Notes: generated by a model not told the origin, from the letters alone. A DNA stretch of 64,000 nt from Octopus vulgaris (GCA_951406725.2 OX597822.1:45880001-45944000), one strand, 5' to 3'; positions 27,501 to 42,443 are shown, counted from the first letter of the stretch. Program-made: numbers and translations.

Positions 27501-28720
27501 TTCTTCACGACCTGCTGCAGTGGTTCTTATCCTGATATATTTACAGGTGATGTTCAAGAGAAGAAATTATTGAAATTAGTCACTCATTTTGCTCTGCTGT
27601 AGACATCTTGCAAATTGAAAATTATAAAATTAGACATTAGCGTCAGAAAAACTTGACTTGGAATCCAACAGAGAAAATTATTCAGATATTTTATTAGTAA
27701 CCTTAATTAAAATCGGGTCAAAGTCGAGGAAAAATTTCTTGAAAAAAAGTACCTGTCAGCTGACTAGGTTTTGGACTGTCAGCAACAACAACAACTATGC
27801 TGACCAATTTTTACTCCCAAAGATGATGAAACAGAACAAAGGATGCAATTCTTGCAAGGTAATAGTTTCAAACAGATAGGGAGGAAATAAAAGAAAATCA
27901 GAAACTATTTCTTTTACCCCACTTACCCATTCCCGCCCCTTCTCCCTACTGAGGTTGAGGTGATTGACATGCCCTGCCCCTCAAAAATTGCTGGTTTTGA
28001 ACCCAGTAATGAACATTCAAGTGGAACACAGTGATCTCAGTCATAGAAAGCAGATAACCAGGGCCCGAGAAGAAAATATTCGTTTCTACTCTAGGCACAA
28101 GGCCCGAAATTTTGGGGGAAGGGCCAGTCAATTAGATCGACCCCAGTATGCAACTAGTACTTAATTTATCGACCCCCCACCACTCACCCGAAAGGATGAA
28201 AGGCAAAGTCAACCTCAGCAGAATCTGAGCTCAGAACATAAAGACAGATGAAATACCACAAACCATTTCACCTGGCGTGTTAACGTCTGCCAGTTCGCCA
28301 CTTTCCGAGAAAATTTTCTTAGCAATTTACATTGGCTCGAAGTAGTATTTATACTACACATGTTGTATCTTTGAATTTTACATTTGTAAAACATACCATA
28401 AAGCAGCAATTAACTAGGTAGTCACTCATGCAAAATGACTTTTTAAATTGGATAACTACAGCTTACCACTTCTAGGTTTACATATGTATATATTTTTCCA
28501 CAACTCACAACGTGGTGTGCTTATAAAAAGGACAGTCTTAGATGTGCATTGTCTTAAAATAAGACCACATGGTCACAAATGGAGCGTATTAGATCACAGC
28601 TGCAGGCTACAGCAGCGGGCCTTCATGGACAGGTTTCATGCAAGACAATTTTTCCACGGACCAGAGGGTCAAGTACATAACAAAACAAAGCACATAATAT
28701 ATAAATTACTACGGCAGAGA

Positions 28721-29623
28721 TAAAGGACATGAACTGCACCTGCTTTCGGTTATTTTTTTTTTTGCTTTTGGTTTTTTTCTACAGAAACCCACCTTTTCGA
28801 CTGTGAAGATTCCGAATCTGCAAAAAAAAACAGCATTTCAATATTTGAATCCCCCCACCCCGTTTTTCACTTTTTAGAAATCTATTTTGTTGAAATATGT
28901 AGAAAAATACGAAGATTAGGATTGTAAAAAAAAATTTGTAAAATTGAAATTTTACAAAAAAATAAACACCCCTCCCCCATAAACAGTATCTAAACAGAAA
29001 ACTCGACATGCTAGAAACAGCAGCTAAACGACGAATCGTTTTTTTTTTTTAATTTTATTCCCCACCCCCTTTTTTGACAGAGAGGTGGAGAGGGGGAAAA
29101 TTAAAATTTTGAAAATGTGTTTTTGGGAGTTTTCAAAATCTTCAATTTTTAAGTACGCTCCAACCGGAAAGTCCGTCAAGCTAGAAACAACAGCCAAATG
29201 AAGATCCACATTCTAAATACGAATTATCAAAAAAAAAATTTTTTTTTAAATGTCATTTTATTGTGTGTGTGTGTGTGTGCAAAAAAACTAATTTTTACAT
29301 AGCTCTAATTCCAAAAGATCCTCAACACCACATGTTCACTTTCTGTCACAGATGCGCTGGTGGAGTGGATGGGGGTGTTTATCTATTTATGTCTATTTAT
29401 TTTTGAAAAATTGAAATTTTACAAAATCTTTTTGTCATAATCATAATCTCCCTATTTTTTTTACGTATTTTGGAAAGAAAATTTCTTTTTTTTGGGGGGG
29501 GGAGGTTAAAACTTTGAAATGCCGATTTTTTTTTTGCAGATTCGGAATCTCCACAGTGGAAAAAGTGAGTTTCTGTTGAACCCCCCCCAAAAAAACGAAA
29601 GGGGGTACGGTTCATGTCCTTTA
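28721..29623. mobile_element. Fold-back DNA element with ~260-bp imperfect terminal inverted repeats
   Basis: Left TAAAGGACATGAAC.GCACC ... GATTCCGAATCTGCAAAA; right arm contains TTTTGCAGATTCGGAATC ... GTTCATGTCCTTTA. Confidence 0.8.
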
Positions 29624-32600
29624 CCTTCGCCAATTACTACATGCATATAAGGCAGAATCGTTAGCATAGCAGCATTATACGTTCTGAGTTCAAATTCCGC
29701 TGAAGTTGACGTAATCGACATACCCACCCCTCCTACTCCCGAAATTGCTGGCCTTGTGTCAAAATTTTAAGCCAATTATTATAATTATAATAAAAAGGAT
29801 GGTCAGTAGAATTACGTTCGTTTTATCGAATTGTATTATTCTTATTTTTATTTATTCTTTTCCATACACACTTCGTTGCATTTTATATATGAACCCACGA
29901 ATTAAAATTTATTCTCTGAGCGGCCTCGGACTAAACGATTTACAGTCCATTGGTTTGAGACCGTAAGTTTCATTTCGTGGACCACGTGGCTGGTAACAAA
30001 CAACAAATTAATTGATAATTAAACCAAAGTTAAAACGGATGTATTTGTTTTTAATGATTTTTTTTCTTTTTTAACCCGTTGCCTCAGTTAATAGGAAAAA
30101 AAAGTTTTCACAAAGGAATAACGAAAGACCCTCAAAAATTATTAATATTATTATTAAAGGCGGCGAACTAGCAGAATCGTTAGCACACCGGGCGAAATGC
30201 TTAACGATATTTCGTCTGCCGTTACGTTCTGAGCTCAAATTTCGCCGAGTTCGACTTTTGCCTTTCGACTTTTCAGGGTCAATAAAATTAGTACCGGTTA
30301 CGTACTGGCATCGATGTAATCGACTTATCCCCTTCCCTCAAAACTGAGGCCTTGTGCTTCCAGTAGAAAGAGTAATAATGTATTGAGGCTAATTTCATAC
30401 AATATACACGTTAAGGAGAGATGGAGGAGGGGGCGAAGGCCTTAGATAAACCCATAAAAACTTATGAAGTTAACGGACCGAAATGTGTTTTGGACTTGCT
30501 TAAAATCAGGTTCAGGCATGCGTTGAGGTTGAGAATGTGATAACGTGCCTAGACACCATAGATCTTGGCAAACAAGTGCGTGAACATGTACGCATGTTGG
30601 TTGGTATGTGCGTATTTCTCAAGTGTTTTAAAACGTAACTTTTCTTTTATTCTTTCCGGACTCTGCACTACGGTCATGCTGGAGCACCGCCTTGAAGGGT
30701 TTTATTCGAACAAATCGACCCTAGTGCTTACTAGTAGAATCTGGCATTCTATCGATTTCTTTTGCCAAACCGCTAAGTTAGGTGGGACGTAAACAAACTA
30801 GCACTGGTTGTCAAGTGATGGCGGTGGGAGGAGGATACAAAGACACACACCCCACGGGCTTCCACACAGTGTTCGTCTACCAAATCCACTCACAAGGAAC
30901 CACATCCACATCTGCGCCTTAATGCATTGGAAAGTATTAAAAAAGTCTTATTTTTAATCGATATTTAAAAGAAAATGTAATTAAAAAAAAACGCATTTGG
31001 CCAAATTTGGACATACGACAGTTAAACATAATAGCAACGATATACATATACAACCAACATAGATATAGGTTTGATATAAATGTTGAGTGAGCATGGAAAA
31101 GCAATTCGTTATTTTACACTCGTGAATTAACTCCGAAATGGATAATAGACGACACAACACTAAGGTAGATGATGACACGACACGACGTTTAAAGTGCTTC
31201 TGCTGGTGTGAACAAACGAAAAAGCAACACGTCCTTCGTAGAAAGCCCTCTCCACCACTACCATCACTATTAAACTGTTGTCCGCAAGATTTGTAGAGCA
31301 GCGATGCCCAACCCGTTTTGCACCACAAAAAAGGGTATCAACGCGCATAAGAAAACACGAAGTGCATAATATATAATTTTTAAAATCATCAAGTCTACTG
31401 TGATAGTCAAAATAGAATTAAAATTTTTTAATTTCTTTTTGTGTGAGTGTTCGGGGTACCTTGTTGTCGAGGGTCGTAGAAAAACACTTTGCGGTGTTGA
31501 CTTACGTCCCTTGAAATTTGGCGTCGATTTGAAACTGATATCAGCTTTTATCTGATCGATAAAATAAATATCAGTGATAATAAGGAATTGCCCCACCACC
31601 ATCGTCAAGTTTGGGAGTTCTCTGGGCTAAGGTTAAAATATTGTAGGTTGTTGACTCATGTCACACAGAACCTCGTTCGGCCTGCTGGAAATCACAGCCA
31701 AATTTATCAAATCACGATACCATAGCACCTTCAAAAATAAATAACTAAAAATGTAAACATTGGGTACAGTATTTCTAAATATACTGTACTTGCATAAAAG
31801 ATGAGATAGTCATGGTTGACCTGAATATAAACAGAAATCCTAGTTTTCGGTAACAAAAAAAAGTTATGGGTTGTGTAGCAGTTTGTGCTCTCTCTAGAAC
31901 CTCAACATTTGTTCAAGCCCTTCATTGAAGTTACAGTGTTCCTTCAACTAATACCATAGTCATCTGGTATCTTTTACCTCTGAAAACCTTATCCAATTGC
32001 AATGCCAAGCTCGCACATTTAACTGTGCACCCTATTAATAACTACAAGCCCACAGATCCATCAGGCTTGGTTACACGAGACAAGACTGGAGTACTTGCAA
32101 TTCATACAGCAATCATCATTGTTTTAACGTCCATTTTTCCATGCTTGCATGGGTCATACAGACTTTATTGAGGCAGATTTTCTACAATTGGATGCCCTTC
32201 CTGTCACCAACCCTCACCTATTTCCAAGCAAGGTAATGTTTCCCATGACCAAATAGGTCTTCACAGAACATTACAAATGATACAATGTCAAGACAATGAA
32301 ATAACACACATACAAGGGCTTCTTACAGTTTCCATCTATCAAACCTCCTCGCAAAGATTGGTCAGACGGAGAATACTGCAGAAGATACTTAGCCAAGGTG
32401 CTATGTAGCAGGACTGAACCAATGCTGTGTCAGTCTACTTTTTCTAGTGCATTAGACTTCAGGTTATCAAACTCATTAAATGTTTGCATTGAAGGAAATA
32501 AGGATGAAAAAAAAAATCTCATCTAATTTTCTCTTTCATAAACCAAGTTTGGATGATTGTGTCTATAAACCACCAAAGTTATAGAATGCCTGGCTGAATG

Positions 32601-35185
32601 CATATAAGCTAATAAGGTTACTATAAGCTGCAAGTTTGATCAGGTTACATACATGGGTTTAGCACCAACACCTAGGCCTTGGGTGCCTTTAACGGAATTC
32701 ACTCTGTTATAAGCAATGGGGCCACATCTCCACTTTGAAGATAGCCCCATCATCATCATTTAACATCCATGTTCTATGTTGGTATGGAATGAACAGTTTG
32801 ACAGGGCCCAAGGACTGCATCATGCTACAATGCCTACTTCGGCAGGTTTCTACAGATGGATGCTCTTCTTACCACCACCCTCTTTACAAAACGCACTAAA
32901 TGCTTCTGTTTTTTTGGTGCTACTAGTACTAATGAGGTTGCCATTCAGCTCACAAAAATACAAACCCCAAGGTGGGGGTGAGTTTCATGTAAGATGAGGG
33001 GTTAAAGTACAATAGGGGTTCAGAGTTAGTTCTTGTAGAGGATTTAGCATAGCTATTCACATTTCGAAGAGAGAGTGAGGATAATCAATGGGAGCTGCCC
33101 TTCCCTTTTCAAGACGAAAAAGAGTAACCATCATCATCATCGTTTAACATCTGTTTTCTATGCTGGCATGGGTTGGACGGTTTGACTGGGGACTGGCAAG
33201 CACCAGGCTCCAATCTGATCTGGCAATGTTTTGCAGCAGGATATCCTTCCTGACGCCAACCATCCAGAGAGTGTATTGGGTGCTTTTTACATTCCACTGG
33301 CACAGGAGTCAGTCAGGTGGCACTGGCATCGGTCACATTAGGATGGTGCCTTTTATGTGCTACCAGCACAGGAGCCAGTTGGGGCAGGGTCACTGGCATC
33401 AACCACGTTCAGATGGTCTTTTTACACCCCACTGGCACTGACAACAACTGACGCAAGAATGGTGCTTATTGTGTGCCACCAGCACGAGAGCCAGTCAGGT
33501 GGCACTGATTCTAATAATGTGATCATATAAGGTCTCTTTATCACAGAAAAATTTCAACTGATGAAACAAATCATCACATCAAATAGTTGTATTAATTATT
33601 AAGGGCCATGAAACCATTTAGTTAATTCTTTTGTTACCATAATTCTGCTGAAACACTACTGTTGTGTCAATTAATTTTGAAAATCACGAAGAATTTAGTA
33701 AAATAACTGGCAACAGAAACGTTAGCATGCCGAGCAAAACACTAAGCAAAATTTTGTTCCTCTTTATGTTCTGATTTCATACCACAGCGAGGTTGACTTT
33801 GCCTTTCAGGGTTGATAAAATAAGTACCAGTTGAGCGCTGGGGGTCAATGTAACAAACATACTCCCTCCCCTGAAATTGCTGGCCTTGTGCCAAAATTCG
33901 AAACCAATACCAAGCTGGTGTTTTGGAATATAAATTAACATAAAATTTTAAAGGTTTAAATTTTTGTATCAATTTAAACAGGAATTTGTATCATAGAATG
34001 AGGGTCAATCTCAAGTAGGGTGGTCATCAAATGTGAAGTCACATTACAGATCGAGTATGTAGAACTTGCAAAGCAATGTTACACCTCATCACCCAAAAAT
34101 GTTTAGTCCAGGTCAGCCTTCATCAAGCAGGCCAAACAGATCAAGAGTTCCAATTGTGACTATTTCCCATTTTATTCCAAAACAGTGTGTAGGCACAAGG
34201 ATTGATGGTTAGAGTGTTGGGCTCACAATCATGAGGTAGTGAGTTCAATTTCCAGACCAGGCTACATATTGTGTTCTTGAGCAAGGCATTTTATTTCACA
34301 TTGCTCCAGTTCACTCAGCTGTAGAAATGAGTTGCAATGTCCCTGGTACCAAGCTGTATCAGCCTTTGCCTTTCCCAACATCAGTGGCATGGAGAGGGGA
34401 GGCTGATGTGCATGGGCAACTGCTGGTCATCCATAAACGACCTTGCCCAGACTTGTGCCTGAGAGGGGTACTTTGTAGGTGCAATGCCATGGTCATTCAT
34501 GACAAAAGGCAATCCTCTCAAAACAGTATAACTTGGATTGTATCATTTAATGTGCTCTTCCTTTATGACAGTAGGGAGTGATTTGATAATGGTTTGGCTG
34601 CTATTGTTAGTAGGTCAAGCAACAACGTATTTGCATCACAAGATGAAGTGCAGTGAAATGGTTTGAACTGGGAATTGAGCCAATGTCTCTTCACTCAAAA
34701 TAAGACACCACATAAAAAGCACCCTTGCTGGTGCCATGTGTAAAAGCACTGGTGCTGGCACGACATAAAAAGCACCCAGTAAACTCTGTAAAGAGGTTGG
34801 TATTAGGAAGGGCATAGAAACAATTCCAAAACAGACAACAGAGCCTGGCACAGGTCCCAGCTCCTGTGAAATCCTCCAATCCATGCCAGCATGGAAAATG
34901 GATGCTAAATAATGAAAATAGTGAAATAATAGAGCATCAGACAAAAAGAGGTATAAGTCCCCTTAACATCCAGTGTTCAAATCTCCTAAAGATCAATAAA
35001 CAAAGGATCAACTACAACCATAAGTGCAGGAGTGTCTCTGTGGTAAGTAGCTTCCTTACCAACCACATGGTTCCGGGTTCATTCCCACTGTGTGGCACCT
35101 TGGGCAGGTGTCTTCTGCTATAGCCTTGGACCGACCAAAGCGTTGTGAGTGGATTTGGTAGGCGGAAACTGAAAAAAGCCTGTCG

Positions 35186-35230
<45 letters not shown>

Positions 35231-36929
35231 GTATGTATGTATGTATGTGTGTCTGTGCCCCCCCCCCCAACAATGCTTGACAACCGATGCTGGTGTGTTT
35301 ACATCTATGTAACTTAGCAGTTCAGCAAAAGAGACCAATAAAGTACTAGGCTTTCAAAGAATAAGTCCTAGGGTCAATTTGCTCGACTAAAGGTGGTGCT
35401 TCAACATGGCCGCAGTCAAATGACTGAAACAAGTAAAAGAGAGTACAACCCTTCCCTGCAAAGATGTGGTCTTGCAGCAATATGTCAGTCAGAGAAGGCA
35501 CAGGCATGGCTGTGTGGTTGAGAAGTTTGCTTCCCAATTACATGGGCTCCAGTTCAGTCCCACTGTGTGGTACTTTGAGCAAGCATTTTATACTCTTGCC
35601 CAGGCCAGCTAAAACTGAGTGGAATTCATCATCATTTAACATCCATTGTCCATGCTAGCATGGGGAGGACAGTTTGACCAGGGCTGGGAAGCTGAGGGGT
35701 GGTGCCAGACACCAGTCTGATTTGGCAGGATTTCTGCAGCTGGACACCCTTCCTAATGCCAACCACTTGGTAGATGGAAACTGAAAGAAGCCTATCACAT
35801 GTATTTGTGTGTGAGTGCATGTATGTATGTATGTATGTGCCTCATTGTCTGGACATTGCTTGATTATTGTAAACAAATGTCATTTATTTCCAATACTCTG
35901 TGACAGGACACCTGGCCATTGGGAAATATTTCCTTGCTTAAAAATGAGTAAGGGTTGGCAACATGAAGGACATTCAGCCATGAAAATTTGCCACACTAAA
36001 CTCTTTCTAATCCATGCAAGCATGAAGAAATGTATGATAAAATGATGATGATGACAAAGCAAATATCACAGAGCAGGATACGTAAACTCGTACATAGTAA
36101 CTCTAGCATGTGACAAGGTTTGAAATCTGTGATGAAATCCACTGAAGTTCTCAATATTGTGTGCTGAGGGTGGGGCAAGTTGGCAGAATCGTTATCATGT
36201 TGGGCCAAATGCTTAGCAGCATTTCGTCTGTCTTTACATTCCGAGTTCAAATTCCGCTAAGGTCAACTTTGTCTTTCATCCTTTCGGAGTCGATAAAATA
36301 AGTACCAATTACACACTGGAGTTGAATATAACCAACTTACTCCCTCCCGCAAATTGCTGACCTTGTACCAAAATTTGAACCCACTAAACTTACTAAACAT
36401 CACATTTCCCTTTGTTCAAAACACATGGATGCACAAGAGAGATTCGTGACATGTGACACAAAAATATGATATCTCACATCCAATTTCCATGCTAGCATTG
36501 GTTGGATACATCATCAGTATCTGACAAGTCAGAGGATTGTGTTGTGCTACCAAGTCACAGATTTGGTTTCTATGACTGGTTTATACCCTTCTTAATACCA
36601 ACCACTTTACAGTGTGTACTGAGAGTTATTTTTATAGTGCCAGCACTATCAACGTTGCCCTGCAACTTGCAATAATAAAGAAAAAAGCCCACCGCCACAA
36701 GAGGAAGAAGCAGCAGGGAGAGATAGAGAGAAGGATGATTTTAGGCAAGGGGATAGGTGAGGGTAAGTACAAAAAGAGGAACAATGGATGTAAGTGAAAA
36801 GAGTAACAGAGTAGATAGTTCAGCTGTTGTGACAGAGGGAAAGGACATCATTTTCCAAACCATTACAGAAATATTGGTGACAAAACAGCAAATAAATACA
36901 TCACAAGACGTATCACTTAGTATACACAA

Positions 36930-37500
36930 TAAGCGCGACCTTTGGACGTTGGGCCTCACCAAGGCAATGACAAATGACCAAGACCTTTGGAGATATGCTG
37001 TGCTTGAGAAGACCCGGCAAGCCAAGTGAGACCATAACTGTGGCCTATGTCAGTGCAGCATAACCAGCCTATTTAAGAGTACTCTTCAATCATTGGGCAA
37101 TCAAGTGAGCATGCAAAGACCTGTTGAGGCAAGTCGTCATCATGGCCGATGACAGTACCACCTGATTGGTACATAAAATGCACTATTCAAGCGTGGTTGA
37201 TGCCAGTGTTACCTGACTGGTCCCGTGCCAGTGGCATGTAAAATGTACCATATGAGCATGGTTGATGTCAGTGCTGGTGGCACGTAAAAAGTACCATTTG
37301 AGCATGGTCATTGCCAGTGCTACCTGACAGGCTCCCATGCCAGTGGCATGTAAAAAGCATCCACTACACTCTCAGAGTCGTTGGCATTAGGAAGGGCATT
37401 CAGCTGTAGAAACACTGCCAGATTGGATTGGAGCCTGTTGCAGCCTTCTGACCCATCCAACCCATGCCAGCATGGAAAGCCAACGCTGAACGATGATGAT
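36930..37500 (+). mobile_element. RTE LINE extreme 3' end with tandem units
   Basis: DLWTLGLTKAMTNDQDLWRYAVLEKTRQAK* followed by the common tail. Tail-only copies are abundant (1400, 4770, 10160, 14580, 15310, 21850, 33130, 51610). Confidence 0.8.
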
Positions 37501-37746
37501 AATAGTTTAACACTATGGAAATGCATATCCACATGTGCACCAAGCTTGAAATATTGCTTGGAGACACAAGGCATGTTATCCAAGTCTCCTGGATTATTGT
37601 GTTTCCATAGCATGAAATTATTCGCAGATCTTATTTAAATACTATCTATACTATATGGCATTTCTTTCTCACTAGACAGACTACTTTTTTTGTTGATCCT
37701 ACCTATAACAAAACAGTAAACTATATATAGTTTATACTCCTGCGCC

Positions 37747-37788
<42 letters not shown>

Positions 37789-37790
<2 letters not shown>

Positions 37791-38143
37791 CGCAGGAGTG
37801 GTTGTGTGGTAAGTAGCTTGCTAACCAACCACATAGTTCCGGGTTCAGTCCCACTGCGTGGCATCTTGGGCAAGTGTCTTCTGCTATAGCCCCAGGCTGA
37901 CCAATGCCTTGAGAGTGGATTTGGTAGACAGAAACTGAAAGAAGCCTGTCATATATGTGTATATATGTATGTGTGTGTGTGTCTGTGCTGTTGACAACCG
38001 ATGCTGGTGTGTTTAGCAGTTTGGCAAAAGAGACCGATAGAATAAGTACTGGGCTTACAAAGAATAAGTCCCGGGGTCGATTTGCTCGACTAAAGGCGCT
38101 GCTCCAGCATGGCCACAGTCAAATGACTGAAACAAGTAAAAGA
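37789..38143 (+). mobile_element. Second tRNA-derived SINE family with internal (TA/TG)n (representative copy)
   Basis: Head GGCGCAGGAGTGG.TGTGTGGTAAG, B-box-like GGTTCAGTCCC, CORE-like CTTGGGCAAGTGTCTT. Related copies near 2960-3330 (-), 24680, 27121, 35025 and 38185. Confidence 0.8.
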
Positions 38144-41113
38144 GTATATATAGGTGTGGGTGTGTGGTAAGGAGCTTTAAGCACAGGCGTGACTGTGTGG
38201 TAAAAAGTTTGCTTCCCTACAACATGGTTCCAGGTTCAGCCCCACAGTGTGGCACCTTGAGCAAGTGTCTTCTACTACAGCCCATAGTATATATATGTTT
38301 GTGTGTGAGTTTGTCCTGCCTCCGTTGCTGGAGAACTGATGTTGGTGTGTTTATGTCCCCATAACTTAGCAGTTCAGCAAAAGAGACCGATAGAATAAGT
38401 ATTAGACTTATAAAGAATATGTCCTGGGATCGATTTATATATATATATACACACACACATGCACAGGAATGGTTGTGTAGTAAGAAGTTTGCTTCCCAAC
38501 CACATGGTTTTGGGTTCAGTCCTGCTGTATGACACTATGGTCGAGTGTGTTCAACTATAACCAATGGACAACCAAACTAGCAGAAAGAAATTGAAAGAAG
38601 ACCATCCTATATACAGATGAATGTGTGTGTGTGTGTGTGTGTGCTACTCTCTATTTGCCTTGACATCATGTGATTGTCATAAATGAGTGACATCATCAGG
38701 CAAAACAGCATTTTCTCCAATCTTCTGTGAAAGTATATTCAGGAATAAGGGAGAGAAAATCTTACTTGGAAACAGGTGAGAGTTGATGACAGGAAAGGCA
38801 TCCAGCCATAAAAAAAAAATCCACAACAAATTTTGTCCAACCCATACAAACATGGAAAAGCAGACATTAAAAGATAGTGATACACAATGCATTTTTTTTT
38901 AAGGGATTCTAAATATAGAGACAAAGCCACAACGTTTGAGGGCTGGGTAAGATAACAGGCAAAGTTAACCATAATAGAATATGAACTCAGAGCGCAAAGG
39001 ACCATAATTACATACCACAATGCAGTTTATCTAACAACTCACTCAACAAGTTTGACTAATTAATAACTGCTGAAATTTGTTGAGGCAGATTTTCTACAGC
39101 CAAATGCTCTTCCAGTCACTAACCCTCACTTGTTTTGAAGCACAGTAATATTTCCCATATGGTCAGGCATGTTTTTCAGGGAAAACCAGAAACAAACTAT
39201 GCTGCTTGTAATGATGGAGATGTGCTTTTACAATCATGATGATGTCACGATAAGAGTACACACAAGCACACGCCATCACTTAATGTCTATTTTCCATGCT
39301 TGCACAGGTTGAACAGCTTGACTGGAACTGGTAAAGGCCAGGGGCCGCACCAGGTTCCATAGTCTGTTTTGTCTTGGTTTCTACAGCTGGATGCCCTTCC
39401 TAACACCAACCACATTACAAAGTATATTGGGGGCTTTTTACCTGGCATCATCACCAGTGGTTTCAATTTCAATCTATCAAATCCACTCACAAGGCTTTGA
39501 TTGGCTCAGGACTATAGAAGATACTTGCCCAAAGTGCTGCACAGTGGGACTGAACCCTAACCAAAATGGTTAGGAACCAAGCTTTGTAACCAGAGCCATT
39601 CATCATGATTGTTTAACATATACTTTCCATGCTGGTATAGGTTGTATGGTTTGACATGGAGCTGGCCAAACTCCAATTGTCTATTGTGACATGGTTTCTA
39701 TAGCTGGATGCCCTTCCTGATGCCAACCACCTTGCCAAGTGCCTTTTACATGCCACCAGCACAGGTGTGCTTAAACAGCACCAACACAGGTGCTTTTTAC
39801 ATGGCATCAGCACCTGAAAGGACAAGCCTGTATGTCTAGAAGACAATTTTACTTACCTATACTTATATTAGATGTTATACTATGCGACTCCCACTGTCAC
39901 TAAATAATCCCTTGATATTTTCTTTAAAACAGCATGCAGTAAAAGAGACATAATTACGTAATATTCATGCTTTTTTTTTAAATATATGCTGAAGGAAATG
40001 TAATACTGGTAGGTTATCAACCAGAAACTGAACCTACACAAAAGCCTCTGCCAGGTTGTTCCACATGCTAGAAATAGCAACGAAATCAATTCACGTTTTT
40101 GGAGCTAAACATGTAGGGACCAAGAGTATGAAACTACCATCACGATAAACAGACCTTTGAAAGTCCCCAGGAGGTGAGGGGTTGTCATAATTAAATGATA
40201 TTCTGTTATCAATCATAACTAGTTCAAAGGAATGCCAAGAAGATAGTGAGATGGTCCAAACAAAAATGTAGACCAGCATTGGAATAAATGCAACCCTCCA
40301 CCTCCACACACAAAGTTCCGAGGTTAGCTACTTTTCAAATCACTGAGGGAATATCTATATGGTCGCTAGACTTGATAGAAACAGCAGTCAAAGTCTCAAA
40401 TTACATCTTACAATTTTTTTTTAAAACACATTGCTTAATATAGTCCCCAGTATACCAATAAATGAGATAGTCACTGTTGGAACGCCTTTACCTGTAGGTT
40501 TGCTTAACCAGGGCAGACCTGTGACTTAAGACATTCTATATTCTTCCAAAGCAGAACCAGTAAATATTTAGAGAATATGTCATGTCCCAATCTTTTGCCA
40601 GGGTTCGTAATTGATTTTATTCCCGATTCATGCTTTTTATTAACTGTAGTAGTCCCTTGAAGAGAAGAAAATGCCAAATCGATTCTAGCGAGATTTGAAA
40701 ACGGCAATAATTTTCGTTAACTAACGATGCTCCTTTCAGATTGTAATTTTATGAGAAAGCCTTAAATAAAACTAAAAGAAAAAAACAATTTCGAACTACA
40801 TTTAAACGGATGGAAATATAAATATATATACACACACACAAAAAAAAGCCAAAGAAATACACTCCGACCTAAGTAAAGGAAGCCAAACCCGTTAGAATAA
40901 GCCCAACCTTATTCCAACCAAAGCCTACAGTCATTAAAAGAGCACGTTATATAAAGCAGCCCTAGATACACAGTTTCAACTGAAGAAAACAATGGGATGG
41001 TCACTGCTGGAAGGCCTTTGATCGCTGATCAGCTCAGAGCTAAGGTGGGGTCAAGTAACCAAAATATACATCTCATAAACAAAAAAGAATGTTATAAAAC
41101 ACTATTATAAAAA

Positions 41114-41165
<52 letters not shown>

Positions 41166-41447
41166 CTGATTAAAAATAATATAGGTCCAACTTTGGTGTA
41201 CATTTATTCCAGTCGTACCCATCTAACCATTTTTTTAAATCTTTATTTTTTCACCAATAATCTATTTTAAATGTATTAAATGTTACAAAGACTGTAAGGG
41301 TGTGATTTAGGGAACGTATATACTGTTGTCATGCAGGAAAGATGACAGAGGTTTTAATTTTCATCTGTGGAATGCGTAATCATATAGTCATACTGTTGCT
41401 ACTCCGAGTTTCGCGTTGTCCTTATTTCGTTCTATAAACACACATAT

Positions 41448-41498
<51 letters not shown>

Positions 41499-42443
41499 CG
41501 TATTTTGATAAGCTTAAGAGTTTGGGGAGTAGCAACAATTACAATTTCTGATGAGGCAAGGATGAAGAAATGAAGACTAGGTAGGAAGGTGTTCAGTGTT
41601 TGTGTAGTAGTAGCAGTAGTAATAATACTAGTACAAGAAATTATGTGTATAGTGGTCATCAGAAACAAGCAGTTAAATCTTGATCGACCCGGTAAAAATA
41701 GCAGCCAAATCTCCCTCGGTTTGTCTTAGAAACGAAAGGACACACTGTACAATGTAGTCATCGATCTTCGAATTCCACTCACATGTCGGATGCGTTATAG
41801 GAATATAAATTGACCTAAGAATTTTGGTATATATGTGAATAAGAAGACAAGATGTTCATTGATAGAAAGTCTTTGATAGTAGGTACACCCGAAAGGGGCT
41901 GACCTGGGACTAAAGAATTACATCCCAACCTGCTAGATTAGATATAGCAGTCAAATGTTCCTCATATATCATACTCAACCATTTTAAGAAAGGATAGACA
42001 CGAGATAATGGTGTAGTCCTAGATACGCTATTAATAAAACACAGGGTGATCGTAATCATAATGTCTTTGATAAGGTCTGTCTACACAATCAAAGCTGACC
42101 AAATGCAAAACAAGAATTAAGACTTAACGTGGTAAAAATAGCAGGCTAATATCCCTAAATTCACATCCTACCATTTTTAAGTATCCGAGTACATGTTGTG
42201 CTAGATACAACCATACCTGAATAAAATACACAAGATGGTCACAGCTGACCTGAGGTTAAATAACAATAAAAATCTACAAGTATAATTACAACATTAAGTG
42301 TTGTTGCCGGCAGAAACTCTGTCCGTGTCTGTCTCTCTTTTCTCTCTCTCTCACGCACACGGTCCTCTCTCTACAAAGATATTTACTGCAAAGAACAAAA
42401 TATACAAACATACAAGAGGTATAAGCGAAGGTAAAAAGGATAC

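Larger units (their letters stand above)
24511..42443 (-). other. U12-type (minor spliceosome) GT-AG intron 1 of LSM12, 17933 nt
   Basis: 5' splice site GTATCCTTTT begins at 42443; branch site TTCCTTAAC at 24531-24523; AG at 24512-24511; no long polypyrimidine tract. Confidence 0.92.

Noticed and set aside
40091-40309. 72-aa ORF or intronic snoRNA in unique-looking sequence
   Set aside because: No motif, splice context or clear box and hairpin architecture could be supported.
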